A stretch of 63,595 bases of DNA, counting the filler, from Octopus bimaculoides (taxonomy: Eukaryota), in the NCBI RefSeq assembly GCF_001194135.2. It is 6 parts of 4 records of this genome, joined end to end, with 100 filler letters (N's around TTAATTAATTAA, not from the genome) between each part and the next. Parts side by side here need not be neighbours in the genome. Positions count along the whole stretch, not along the records: positions 22,360 to 49,779 come from NC_068987.1; positions 49,880 to 55,415 come from NC_069003.1; 4 more parts are not named here. One strand, given 5' to 3'. The notes below the pieces were generated by a model. The model ran no database searches. It saw only the letters and a list, made by a program, of their open reading frames with translations, and was not told the DNA's origin. Positions 38,979 to 51,583 of this stretch are shown here, one piece after another (position 1 is the first letter of the stretch; every line of letters begins with the position of its first letter). Both the position numbers and the translations under genes were made by a program.

Positions 38979-41896
38979 CTGTAACAATAAATAAAATCAG
39001 TTTTAGTTGCATTATTTCCTAATTGGCAAAACTATATATACCACTAATTTACTCTTAAATAGTGCATAGTGCCACAAATATAGTTGCAAATTATCCTACA
39101 TCTGTGCCATCCTGATAAATCTATTTGCAGGATAAAGAACATTTCATGTGTTTGCATGACATATCTTCACTTGTGCAAGTAAAAAGGCATTGACATCAAA
39201 GTAATATAGTCATATCTTTCTTCCCTAAATCTCTCCCATCAGTTTCAGCTTAATGGTTGACATTTCATTACAACATTACAGCTAGATTAACTTCAAACTT
39301 TACTATAGCCATCCATCACATTACACGTCTATAGGATGCAACAGAAAAACCTCCCATATTCTACACAGCCATTGGTGAGGTACTGGTGAACTTAATCAAT
39401 GAGTTATGGTATCTTCATGTGGGCAATATTTCACCATTTGTATCTAAGTTATTTTCATGGTTTGGACTGGTGCACATTGTGTGTCTGATTTTGAAGCATT
39501 TATCAAGTGTGTGTGTGTCTATCTCACTCTAGACCCTGAACAGAAGGTACATGATTCAATTTGTTTCAGTTTCAGTGACTGGCAAGAAACAGCTTCTTCC
39601 ATTAATATATATATTTTAAAGCCTACTTAATCATTTATATTAATTAACTACCTCATTAATTTTAAAATTCAATTGTATACTTTTCACTTTGATGAATAAA
39701 TTTTCTGAAGAATTTGAGTCATTTTACAACATTAGAAATACACTTTTATGTGAACTCAAATCATTAATCATAGGACATCATCTTAAACACTTCCCAACCA
39801 TATGGTACCAAGTTCAATGCCATTGCATGACACCAGGGCATACATTCTTATAGCTCCAGTGCAACCAAAGTTTTGTCAGTGAATTTGCTAGGCAGAAAAG
39901 CATGTGCTATATATATATATAAAATTTCATCATTTTACATGTGGCACATGGTACAAGTAATATCGATTTGATGGAGGGAGCGAGCTTATGTGAACACAAA
40001 CATTTGATCATTATAAACGAATCATTTGTGTGGTTGTCCGATAAGAAATTGCCAAACCCTCATACGTCATCTAACAATGGGAGAGTCCATGATAGAGGTA
40101 TGTTGGTGCAAACAGGGAAAATAGAACTCAAAATTAGTGCCAACACACGAAACTCTCAGATCTTGAATCACTCTGTTGCTTCTACTAAATGTTTATATAT
40201 ATATGTATATATATATATATCAATTTAATACACAACTGAAAGAGCTATTAATAGTTGTGTATTAAACTGACATTTATCTCACTGGCTGGACCACTTTTGT
40301 TGATTCTACCTATATTGGATCTATAAACTCTATGTGCGTGTGTGTGAGGGAATACCTTCATGTTACAAGAAGGTGACTATAAGTAGTATGGGTGGATAAG
40401 TGAGAGTGGCAGACAGAGCGGTATACAGTAAGTGGTGAACATAGGTGGAGATATGATCAATTGTGGAGGAAGTAGGAGTGGGTCAGGTGGCAGCAAAGAT
40501 TATGCGAAATATGTGGGGTTTTATGTGAGAGAGTTGCATAGTATTAAGGAGAAAGTCAGGGGTACACAAGAGTGGAAATCGTGGGAGATGAACAGAGGTA
40601 ATGAGGGGAGGGCTGCCATTGGTAAAATGAAGAATGTGTGTAAAACAGAAAGCAAGTGAAATACATGCAGTTCTGCTCTTGTAATCCGAGTACTTGAGTG
40701 AGTAGTGCCATAATCAGACGTGTGAAGAAGATTGGTTGTGGAGGAAGGAAAGCTCATCAGAGATAGATTGAGTGCAAGGGTTATACACACACGTGCATGT
40801 ATGTTGTTTTACAATAGAACTAAAAAAAAGTAAAGACCTTCTTTGGTCATGAATGACCATGGCACCTAGAAAGTTCCCCTCCAAGGCACAAGTCTGGGCA
40901 AGGTTTTTTGTGGAAGACCAGTAGTTGCCCATGCATACAAGTCTCACCTCTCCATGCTATCGATGATATCCAAGGGAAAGGCAAAGGCTGATACAGCTTA
41001 GCACCAGTAATATCACAACTCATTTCTACAACTGAATGAACTGGGGCAACATGTAAAAAAGTGTCTTGCTCAAGAACACAATGCACAGCCTGGCCTTAGA
41101 GCATTGGGCTCACAATCGTGAAGTAGTGAGTTTGATTCCAACCTCTGAGCCATGCGCCTTCACACAATAGAACTAGGCAGACAGTATATTGCACTAGGCA
41201 ACAACATTTTTGTTACTATTAGACAAAATGGTGCTCATAGGTAATTTGGGAGCGCTGATTCTGAATCTGCAATCATTTTTTTGTCTAGCACATCCTGTTT
41301 TTGCACTGTCTTTATTATACTGCTATCAAAATTACAATAATGTGAAAATTCATGACAAATAAAATGAATATATGTTAAGCATAAATTACAGTTATTTGGT
41401 ATAAGAACAATAGCAACTAGGTGGACAAGTAGCTCTAAAATCAATAAAACACAAAACAAAAGTGTAAAGTGAATATTATTAATTTTATGTTTTACATAAA
41501 TAGCTTTGGGGGTCTTCTTTTATGCCTATGTTGTATGTCCAGTTCTCTGTGAGGAGAACCTTACTATAATTACAGCAATAACAAAGTAAAATAAATTTTC
41601 ATCTTGTGTGGCAATTTAACAGGTAGCCTACTTTTCCTTCTATCAGCACTTATCTTTGTTTCAGTGATAAGTATATGAACGAAAATCAAAAGCAAATAGC
41701 CTACCACTTTATCAATATTATCAATTGGTTGGAAAAGCTGATGCTGTGAATAACTAAAAAACTACACATACTGTCTGAAAACTGATGTTAGATTGGGATT
41801 TAACACCCTAAAATTACACTAAATCATCTGAAAAAGTTTGAATAGCATAACAAAAAGTTTTTTCGTTGCCCAGTGTTATCAACAAATGAATTTTAC

Positions 41897-42051
41897 CTCA
41901 GTTTTTAAATATGCATCCTGAAAGTTTTTCATGATTTTCATGGAAATATCTAATTCCATTCGTTCATTGCTTACACTGTCTTCAACCTGTTGGAGAAAAT
42001 TCATTGCATCTGTGTTTCCATTAATAAATGCTAAGTTAAAGGGTTTAAAAC
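41897..42051 (-). CDS. NF-kB p105/p100-like gene, exon with degenerate ankyrin repeat 4 and linker
   Basis: (G)FKPFNLAFINGNTDAMNFLQQVEDSVSNERMELDISMKIMKNFQDAYLKTE. Poly-T gtag acceptor, donor GTAAAA at 41896. An alternative phase-0 donor GTAAGC follows ..VEDS. 155 nt, phase 1-0. Confidence 0.8.
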
Positions 42052-43651
42052 CTACAAAAAAAAAAAAAAAAATCAATCAATACATGTTATCTTTTCGCAT
42101 TACAACCAAACCAGCACAATGATCCCTCCTCAATAAATTTAAATCAATGCCAGTTAAGCTTAATCATTTTAACAACTTATTCGCAATCAACTTTTCTTGA
42201 ATGCACATCCAATAGAATATAATCAACTCATTTCTTTTTCATCACTACAAGGGCTCCACAAATACTAGACATGTTTCTTTCACTTTCATACATGACTTTT
42301 TAATTCAATATCGCTACTGCCTATGGACATGCTTACACAATCAAAACACTGAAACACCCATGAGTTTTGGAAATATTTTTCATTCTCAGAACTGTCAAAG
42401 ACAGAAGTAAACCACCCACATCAGTTATTAGTTGTCAGGACAGTACATCCTTCAAAAATTCCTTGCCTCCTGAAATTCACCAATGCTACTCCTGATATGC
42501 CCATTCACCCATTCCTCTTTATGGCTCTTCAATGTCTACTTTCCAGTCTCTTTATGTTTCATTTTGTGTACTATGCATGCACTTTTGTCTGTCATTGATG
42601 TCTTCCATTTCTTGACATTACCTCTTTTACCCTTTTCCAATAAGTTGCAGTGAACCTGAGCACTTTATACAATAAGCTCATTATAGATTTCAAATTTTTT
42701 GGCACAAGGCCAGCAATTTCAGGGGAGTGGGTACATCAATTACATTGGCCCTAGTACTCAACTGATAATTTATTTTATCGACTCCAAAAAGGATGAAAGG
42801 CAAAGCTGACTTTGGCAGAATTTGAACCCAGAACACAAAGACAGATGAAGCCACTAAGTATTTTGCCCAGCATGCTAACAATTTTGCCAGCTTGCCACCT
42901 TAATAAGCTCATTATTACTATTATAAATGTCAGGGATAGTATGTACATTTATAGAGTAAACCTTACTATAGAGATTATTTATATATTTAATCACTGTATA
43001 TAGGAGTCTACGTATTTTTGATTAGAAAGAAAATGTAGGCACCATTTTCATAACACGATTGAGTAGTTCATGATATGAACACCTGAAGCTATGAAATGTC
43101 TTCTCAAACAATCCATAAAATAAGTAAATTTATAAATTCATTCCACAGATAATAACATTTTTTTTTTTAATAAGGAAAATAATGTAGAAAGGTGAAAATC
43201 TTAAAAATGAGAAACTTTATTTCAAGTAACTGCTTAATAGCAACCCAGCTAAGACTACCCCAAATCCCATGATATAAACTTCCTGTTTTAAAGAGATCTA
43301 AATTAAAGCTTACCATCAAACTTCCATGTTAATATATGTTCCAAGCCACAGATTAATAATTATTTACAAAATTAATTGAAACAAAGTCAGTGCATTTCAA
43401 CAGGAATATTGTAGTTAAAGGTTAAGAAATAGTGTTTACCACTTGACTGACCCTGATATAATGATCTAGCTATTGTTGTTTGTTATCAGCAATATTTATG
43501 AAATATTGATGAACAAATAAAAACAGCCAATAAGTATGAAAAAAAAAACTGAGATGTGATTGAGGCAAGATGTGGATCCAAGCTTGTCACATCTTCCTTG
43601 TCAGTGTCTCTATAGTTTCATAAAAAATTTCAACAGCAAAACAAAACTCAC

Positions 43652-43874
43652 CTTCAGAATTACAGGTCTTTAGGCATTGACTGATTCTGTAGCACCAATC
43701 TTCGGTCTCCAATGGCCACAAAAGTTCTTTTAAGCATTCTGTGTTGTTATGGATGATGGCCAGATGTAGAGGATTATTACCACTGGAATCAACAAGTGAT
43801 TGGTTGGCACCATTGTGCAACAACAGTCGAACTATTGGTTTTTGATTTAACAATACAGCTAAATGAAGGCAAGT
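43652..43874 (-). CDS. NF-kB p105/p100-like gene, exon with ankyrin repeats 2-3
   Basis: TCLHLAVLLNQKPIVRLLLHNGANQSLVDSSGNNPLHLAIIHNNTECLKELLWPLETEDWCYRISQCLKTCNSE(G). Acceptor ttttcaag, donor GTGAGT. 223 nt, phase 0-1. Confidence 0.93.
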
Positions 43875-43999
43875 CTTGAAAATAAAAATTTAAAATAAAA
43901 TGAAATATTAGCTTTAAGAATAAGAGGAATGAGTTCAACAGTTAAAGATTAAGAGATATATATGTTTTCCTATTACATTCTTTAAACTATTTATTTAGA

Positions 44000-45943
44000 T
44001 AAACCAGTTCAAAGAAGGCTTTTATTCAAACTTTATTTCTGCTTGCCATCTAATCCATTAATCATAGAAAGACAGTATCCATCTATTAATATCATTCAAC
44101 ATTATGCTGCATTTTCGTACTCAATACAAAATAAGATATCTATATTTTTATCTATTATTTACTATTGTAGAAAGGAATTAATGATAGGATATTATAATTC
44201 ATAACAGTCTTCCCTACTGAGTGGAAAGTTAGTTACGGTGCATTCAAAACATATAGTCCTTTAGATAAAAAGCGGTCTTCATAATTCGTCCTGATCTCAG
44301 TTTTCTCGTCTCTTTTTGTCCTTGAATAGTTGGCATTCTGTTACCCATATTATTCTCATTCAGGCACTCTTGTTGTGATAGCATCCCTCCCAAAGCCAGG
44401 TTGGAAGTATCCATTTTGATGGTAAGTGGTATTCCAAGTTGTGGAACAGCAAATATAGCATCCACCAATGTTATAATTGGTTTGAGCTTAGAGGTCTTAA
44501 TGCCAGGAAGTAGTTTGTATGTGGTGCATTTTAGGCTTGACATGGACATGCAGAATGACACAGGTTTGAGCGTGCCCTCGAAGTCACTTGTAACTGCTGA
44601 GCGTTGACTGAGTATATCAATTCCAATGATGACTGGAGCTACAAGGTGGTCAGTCACAAGAAAATTAGCATTATATATGTTATTTCCCAGTTGTAGTTTG
44701 CTACTGAATTTGATTTTAATTTCCAGTGCTGTGTTGTTGGCCACGTTAACTTTTTCTGGGAAGGTATGATGGTATTGTAATCTCCAGACTGCAAGAAGAT
44801 TCGCTTCTATAAATGTCCTGTCAGAACCTGTGTCAAGAAGGGATTGTGTATTGTTGTTCTTAATTTTAACAGGTACCAGCCATCCTGTACCGTTTGTTAC
44901 TGCTAAAATGATGGATGATAAGGTCCCATCATTGTTTTCTTCTGAGTCTCTCTCGGGATCTGTGATAGCTACTGTTTTTGGGAAGTTTCGTTTGTTTCTT
45001 GGTGGTTTTTTTGAGAGGCAGACTTTCTTCCAGTGGCCTTTCTTCTGACACTTTTTGCAAGTGGAGTTTCTTGCCATGCATTGATTTTTTTTATGGATGT
45101 CTCCACCCCACCAAAAGCATGCTGATTTAGTGGTTGCAAGATAGGGTGGTTGATCAATACCAACTGAGCCTTGCAATAGGTTGCAAGTGTCTTCACTGGC
45201 CACCTCCATGGTTTGAGTAAGCTTATAGAGTGTTTCTAAACTGTCATCTGATGACTCAAGAAGTCTTTGTCTGATTGATGGTGATTGAAGCCCAGCCACA
45301 AAGGTATCACCGATTAGAAATTCTTAGTAACAGTCTGTGGTAAGGCTTGGATTTTACACTTCTTGGCCAGCACCTGAAGGCTTGACATAAATTCTTCTAT
45401 AGATTTGTTTTCCTTTTTTTGAGTTTGTAGCTTATGGTGCATCATCATATTTGAACCTTTCTTTATGAACTTTGAGTCCAGGCATTCTATTGCCACTTCG
45501 AGGGCTTCGGATTCTTCGATGATGGGGTAGGTCCTTGCTCTGCAGAAGACTAAGAGTATCTTCAGTTTAGATTCATCTAGAACTTTTGCCTTTGCTATGT
45601 AGATGTATAGCATCCATTTCCAGTAAATATAATCTTCTTCAGTTGGGTTGTCTGGTAGAGTCCTCTCGAATACTTTGGCATCCATTTAGAATGAAGTTTG
45701 AATAAAATTTGTCATAAACCAGTTCAAAGAAGGCTTTTATTCAAACTGCTCGCCGTCTAATCCATTAATCACAGCTGTCCAACGATTATGACACGTTTTA
45801 TATTAAGTAAAGACAATATCCATCTGTCAAAGTCATTTCATACTCAATACAAAATAAAATATCTATATTTTTATCTATTATTTACAATTGCAGAAAGTAA
45901 TTAATGATAGAATATAATAAATCATAGTAGTTTTCCTATGACA
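44000..45943 (-). mobile_element. Internally deleted Ty3/gypsy LTR retrotransposon (gag, zinc knuckles, protease, RNase H and integrase-tail relics) in an intron of the NF-kB-like gene
   Basis: Gag-like ORF 45314-45685. ORF 44244-45299 contains CKKCQKKGHWKKVC, LLDTGSDRTFI, TIKMDTSNLALGGMLSQ and RKLRSGRIMKTAFYLKDY. Diverged direct repeats of about 210-230 bp lie at 44000-44220 and 45710-45943; the latter is bounded by TGTCATA...TATGACA. Confidence 0.88.
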
Positions 45944-48032
45944 ATATTCTTTATTAACCCATGCTAGCATGGAAAGCGGACGTTAAACGATGATGATGAT
46001 GATGATGATGATGATGATATTTAGATTTAAATAGAACTGCTTTCTTTAGTTGTTATTATTAGGTGGCAAATAGGCGCATCCATAAAGCACAATACAAAAT
46101 GCCTTTTGTTTTAATTTTCATATATGCTCACATTTTGCCCTGAGATGCCAGCTGGACACCTCATCACCACTATTTATCTCTTTGCGGCTACTACTGATTC
46201 ATTCTTACTCTCTTTTAAATGTGAGTAATCATGTAACTCCTCTACAACAATAACCTGCTCTTCCCCACCTCCTTCTTTCACACATTAACCCTCATCTCCT
46301 AGTAGAAAGCACTCATACTTGGATTTCATAATCTTTCAAGGTACACAGCGACTTCACTATTGCCAAGTACACACTGTAAAATGGTTATTGCTAGGTAGAT
46401 TTATATCTAATCCATGCAATAAACTGCTGACTGTTAAGAAACTTATAGTAATTGTTAATCTATGGCTGTAACAGACAAATTTAACCCTCTTGATACCAAT
46501 TCTGAAATGGTGCATATACCAGAATGATCCATGCTGTTCTAAATACCTTATAGCATCAATGCATGACTAACAAAGAGCTGTACCAAGCCATCCTATATAA
46601 CACAGAGACAATATGAAAACACAGGCTGAGATTTACTGGTCTCTGTTGGTATAACAAGGAGATAAGTTATTCAGTGGCAACCTTCTCATGGTAAAGAAGT
46701 GTAGCAAGTCCAGAAAAGCTATTTTTGTTATCGTATTGTAGCACAACTGTGCTATGGCAACTCTGGCCAATCAGGGCTGGGTGCGTATTAATACCAAAAG
46801 CTGTTCTCTGCCCAAGAAGAATTAAGCGGGTGTTTTAACCAGTTAGCAAAAAGACAGCAGACCAGCAACATCGGTTGTCAAGCATGGGAATAGCCCTTTT
46901 GTTTTTCACACCAACTTTGCACCACTAGCTCTGCATTATATCAGCCCTCAACTCTGGTTACATCATGAACAGCCTATTTTGTTTATGCCAACTGCACTCC
47001 ACAAAATTCTGAATGACATCAGCCCACAACTCTAGCCATGTCATGAGCAGTATATTTTCATTTATGCTAGCTCCATTTCTGTTAGCTTATAACGACTTCC
47101 AACTGAATCCATTTTTCAAATGTAAGTTATAAAGCTTTCTCTGACTCATGCACATACACCAACTATCCTCATATTACTTGTCAGCTCTCATTAGCCTTTA
47201 ATAAATTAAAATATTTTGTATAAAAATGCCTTCTGATATTTTCATTACACATGTTTCTCAAAAGCTCACATACAGGACCTCTCTATGAACACTTTCACTA
47301 AAGTGGTGACCCTTTACCAACATTCTCTCTATAGAAGGAAGCAGTAGACCAGCAAAAAAATACTACATCAACCAGACACTTGATGCACTCTCCAAGAACT
47401 TAAAAATGCCATAGATGATAGAAAACCTGCCTGAGGCTGCTCTAGATTCAATTATACAAAATTTCTGTTGAAAAGTAATCTAAAAGAAAAACTTCCATCA
47501 AAATTTTATGTTAATTTGTTTCAAACATCAGCTTAATAAGAACAGTTATTTTACTAAATTCTTCATTATTTTCAAAATTAATCGAAACTAAAGCAATGTA
47601 TTTCAAGAGAAATATTGTAACAAAAGGGTCAAATATAGTAGACCATGTATAACCATGTCCTGTCCTATTGTATATAATAGTGGTGTTATTGTTGTAGTTT
47701 TCTAATCATTCCTAAATTTTTACTGAAGATTATAGTAGGTAAGAAAGAATTGGAATCACTTTTATCTCTTCCCACTTTATACAAAGAGTAGTTTCAAATA
47801 GTTTCTTACCTTTATACTGGAATATACTATAGCAAGTGAGCAGCATTTAACAATTGAAGCCATGGTTGTTAAAAAAAAAATACTCATTTCTTTAAGTAAA
47901 CATGCTATGCTATCAACTTTCTCATAGGAATTAAAAGTACAGTTGGCTGAGATTGATTACTTTTAACACAGAAATAGTGGCACCAGAATTGTAGATATGG
48001 GCAATGTATTTACTTCTTTAATAGAACCAAAC

Positions 48033-48069
<37 letters not shown>

Positions 48070-48070
<1 letters not shown>

Positions 48071-48495
48071 TTATGCAGATGGATGCTGACAGCTCCATAA
48101 AGAAGTGGCAATTTCTCAAAGTAGACGGAGCATGTGGATGAGGGAGACCAAGGAAGACACGGGATGAAGTACTGAAGGACAACCTCAGGATGCTGAATCT
48201 TTCAGTACTCAAGAAGACCCATACTCCACAACAGAAATGTTAAGGCTGCTCCATTTGGTGAAGAGGAGTGCCCTACAAGAGTCCTGTGCCAGTGCCACGT
48301 ATTAAGCATTCATGTTGGTGCCATGTAAAAGCACTCAGCATACTCTGTAAAGTAGTTGGCATTAGGCATCTACCATAGAAACCATGCCAAATCAGACTGG
48401 AGCCTGGTGCAGCTATCCAGCTTTCTATCTCTGGTCAAACCATCCAACCCATGCCAGCATGGGCAATGGATGTTAAACGATGATGATGATGATAT
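48070..48495 (+). mobile_element. RTE-type retroelement 3' end (GRPRKTWDEVLKDNLRML-like relic plus tail ending in (GAT)n)
   Basis: Decayed RTE ORF end at about 48130-48200 and a shared tail 'gtcaaaccatccaacccatgccagcatgg..gttaaacgatgatgat'. Related tails occur at about 37600-37760, 38460-38730, 45955-46015 and 48915-49255. Confidence 0.65.
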
Positions 48496-48538
48496 GTATG
48501 CATGAGTGCATGGGTATTACAGAGAGAAAAAGTCTTAC

Positions 48539-48647
48539 CTGTAAATTAAAATTCTTGCAGTCTATATCATATCGTGTAGTTACCAAAACTTTTAGTAATT
48601 TTTTCACAATGTCAACTTGATTGTTCATGACAGCAAGATGCAGGAGG
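48539..48647 (-). CDS. NF-kB p105/p100-like ankyrin + death-domain gene, exon with ankyrin repeat 1
   Basis: (S)LLHLAVMNNQVDIVKKLLKVLVTTRYDIDCKNFNLQ. Acceptor tttttcacag, donor GTAAGA. 109 nt, phase 2-0. Confidence 0.9.
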
Positions 48648-49493
48648 CTGTGAAAAAGAATCAAAAAGAAACATTAACTCGTTACAATGATGACAAGATT
48701 AATTTGATAAAATATTAAACAATTCAGATTTGAAAATGGAAAACAATATAATTAACTTTACAAGCACAACTGTAAACACTGATGTATGTGACACAGTTAT
48801 TCATATACAGGCATTCTTCAGATTATGTTGTTTTGGGTTATGTCTTCTTTTTACTGTGTCATTTTTTAAAAGAAGTTAATGGATAAAATAAAGTTCAGAT
48901 CGAGATACCTAATGCCTTGCTGTACTCAAAAAGAACCATTCTCTACAACAGAAATGTTAAGGCCACATCCCTAGGTGAAGAGGATTGGCCTGCAAGAGTC
49001 CTGTGCCAGTGCCACATAAAAATGTTCATGTTGGTGCCACATATTAAGCGCTTGTGCCGGTGCCACATATTAAGCACCCATGCCAGTGCCATGCTAAAAG
49101 CACCCAGCACACACTGCAAAATGGTTGGTGTTACAAAGAATATCCAGCTGTAGAAACCAAGCCAAATCAGACAGGAACCAAGAGCAGTTTCCCAGTCAAA
49201 TCATCCAACCCATGCCAGCATGGAAAACAGACGTTAAAAGATGTTGATGATGTCAATCTCAGCAAACATTTTAAAGCATAGTAATTTTAAAAAACATGTA
49301 AAAAGCAACACTAAAGTGGAAAAATCAATAAAATACATGTGAAAATATGTGCAAATCATTAATTAAAAAATCTAATAAATTAGAAAAAGAATTCTTTTTT
49401 GTGTTACATTGGCTAGTGTCCTCTAACAGAGCTCCAAATCAACCAAAGATGTGTGAGTGGATTTGGTAGACAGAAACTAAAGGATGCCTATCA

Positions 49494-49534
<41 letters not shown>

Positions 49535-49538
49535 AAAC

Positions 49539-49735
49539 TACCTCCCGCCATTAGATACAAACTACTATCGCCATTACATACAATCTTCTCATTTAAATAT
49601 AAATAAATGCGAGCGTAGTAGAACCCATTCCTTGTCCATCACGTGACTGATCATTATTCGAATCGGCAACTTCTTCGAACCGTTCCCGCCAGAACACGAA
49701 CTGACCAATCACGGCCCCTAATAAGGTCACGTGAT
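49539..49735. promoter_or_regulatory. Promoter-like motif cluster (two CACGTG E-boxes, CCAAT box, E2F-like and YY1-like motifs)
   Basis: TCACGTGAC at 49639-49647, GTCACGTGA at 49726-49734, gaCCAATca at 49703-49711, TTCCCGCC at 49683-49690, and two CGCCATT motifs (49546-49552, 49569-49575) in a CpG-containing island within AT-rich DNA. A minus-strand donor GGAG|GTAGTT lies at 49541. Confidence 0.5.
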
Positions 49736-49902
49736 AGAGTAAAATTCTGAAGGCATTTGGAGCCCATAGTTTGTTATAANNNNNNNNNNNNNNNNNNNNN
49801 NNNNNNNNNNNNNNNNNNNNNNNTTAATTAATTAANNNNNNNNNNNNNNNNNNNNNNNNNNNNNNNNNNNNNNNNNNNNAGAGAGAGAGAGAGAGGGAGG
49901 GA

Positions 49903-49945
<43 letters not shown>

Positions 49946-51398
49946 AGAGAGAGAGAGAGATGACATATCGCATGGTTGCTACGGTTTCAAGCTAGCGATG
50001 AAGCGCCGGCCAGGTTTTGTGGTTGCAAGAAATAGCAGCCACAAAACCAAACCCTAGCCATCACCACCGGCTACGGTTTGGTAGCACGTATCATAATTGC
50101 GCTCATTGCTTTAAGTGTTTGTGTAGTCGCGATCAGATATTCAGCCTTTCAGCTTTCCATCCTTGACTTTGCGGAACATCAGGGATGTAATAGCTGGACG
50201 GAGTGAGAACTTCGCCACCACAAGGACGGTACTCAATTCCAGCTGGCTAGATTAGACCAGCTTGAAATGAAGTAACAGTATAATTGATAATAAAAGCGAA
50301 TCAAAGGCGGTGATGTGGCCGAATCGTTAGCACGCTGGGCAATATGCTTGGCGGTATTTTGTCCGTCTTTACGTTCTGAGTTCAAATTCAGCCGAGGTTG
50401 ACTTGTCTTTCATCCCTTCGAGATCGATAAAATAAATACCAGTAGAGTATTGGGGTCGACGTAATCGTCTAAACGCCTCCCACAAAAGATTTCTGGCCTT
50501 GAGCCAAAATTTGAGATCAATAAAAGTGAATTAGTCGGGGTAAGTACAAAAGTAGACTTGAGTATCCAGAGTAAACGAAACGGATATGTAAATGCTTAGA
50601 AGTGAATCATTAAATCTCATTAAGACAGATTTCTCTTTTTATTGCTGAAGAGCCAAATTTTTTGGAGTTATTACGCTAGAATTGTAGAAAATGAAAACAA
50701 CATTTCTATAAGAAAAGAAAATTTCAAAGTAGCTGCAAATTGAAAACTCATTTCGAAAAAGAAACAAAAATATCATTCGGAATTTTACAGAGAATTTAAG
50801 TTTGGAGTCTTTGCAAGCAAATATATGCATGTGTNNNNNNNNNNNNNNNNNNNNNNNNNNNNNNNNNNNNNNNNNNNNNNNNNNNNNNNNNNNNNNNNNN
50901 NNNNNNNNNNNNNNNNNNNNNNNNNNNNNNNNNNNNNNNNNNNNNNNNNNNNNNNNNNNNNNNNNNNNNNNNNNNNNNNNNNNNNNNNNNNNNNNNNNNN
51001 NNNNNNNNNNNNNNNNNNNNNNNNNNNNNNNNNNNNNNNNNNNNNNNNNNNNNNNNNNNNNNNNNNNNNNNNNNNNNNNNNNNNNNNNNNNNNNNNNNNN
51101 NNNNNNNNNNNNNNNNNNNNNNNNNNNNNNNNNNNNNNNNNNNNNNNNNNNNNNNNNNNNNNNNNNNNNNNNNNNNNNNNNNNNNNNNNNNNNNNNNNNN
51201 NNNNNNNNNNNNNNNNNNNNNNNNNNNNNNNNNNNNNNNNNNNNNNNNNNNNNNNNNNNNNNNNNNNNNNNNNNNNNNNNNNNNNNNNNNNNNNNNNNNN
51301 NNNNNNNNNNNNNNNNNNNNNNNNNNNNNNNNNNNNNNNNNNNNNNNNNNNNNTGTAAACAAACATAAGTTTGTTTTTGAAGCGTTGAAATATATTGT

Positions 51399-51583
51399 AG
51401 AACAAGTAGAAAGATATATTTTTTCAACATGTAAATACTGAACAGTATATATAAAGGATAAAATCCTTTTAAGGACCAGAAAAGTTTGCCGGCAAATTTT
51501 TCTGGTCTTAAAAGGATTTTATCCTTTTATACATACTGTTCAGTATTTATGCGTTGGAAAACATTTATCTTTCTACTCGTTCT
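51399..51583. repeat. Spacer-less palindrome (about 92-bp arms)
   Basis: Centre TTTGCC|GGCAAA at 51490/51491. The arms are complementary with scattered mismatches. Confidence 0.9.

Noticed and set aside
49960-50275. GC-richer unique segment with short frames (GIEYRPCGGEVLTPSSYYIPDVPQSQGWKAERLNI* on -, a hydrophobic stretch on +)
   Set aside because: No family recognised and no supportable splice partners. It could be UTR or regulatory sequence, but I cannot call it.
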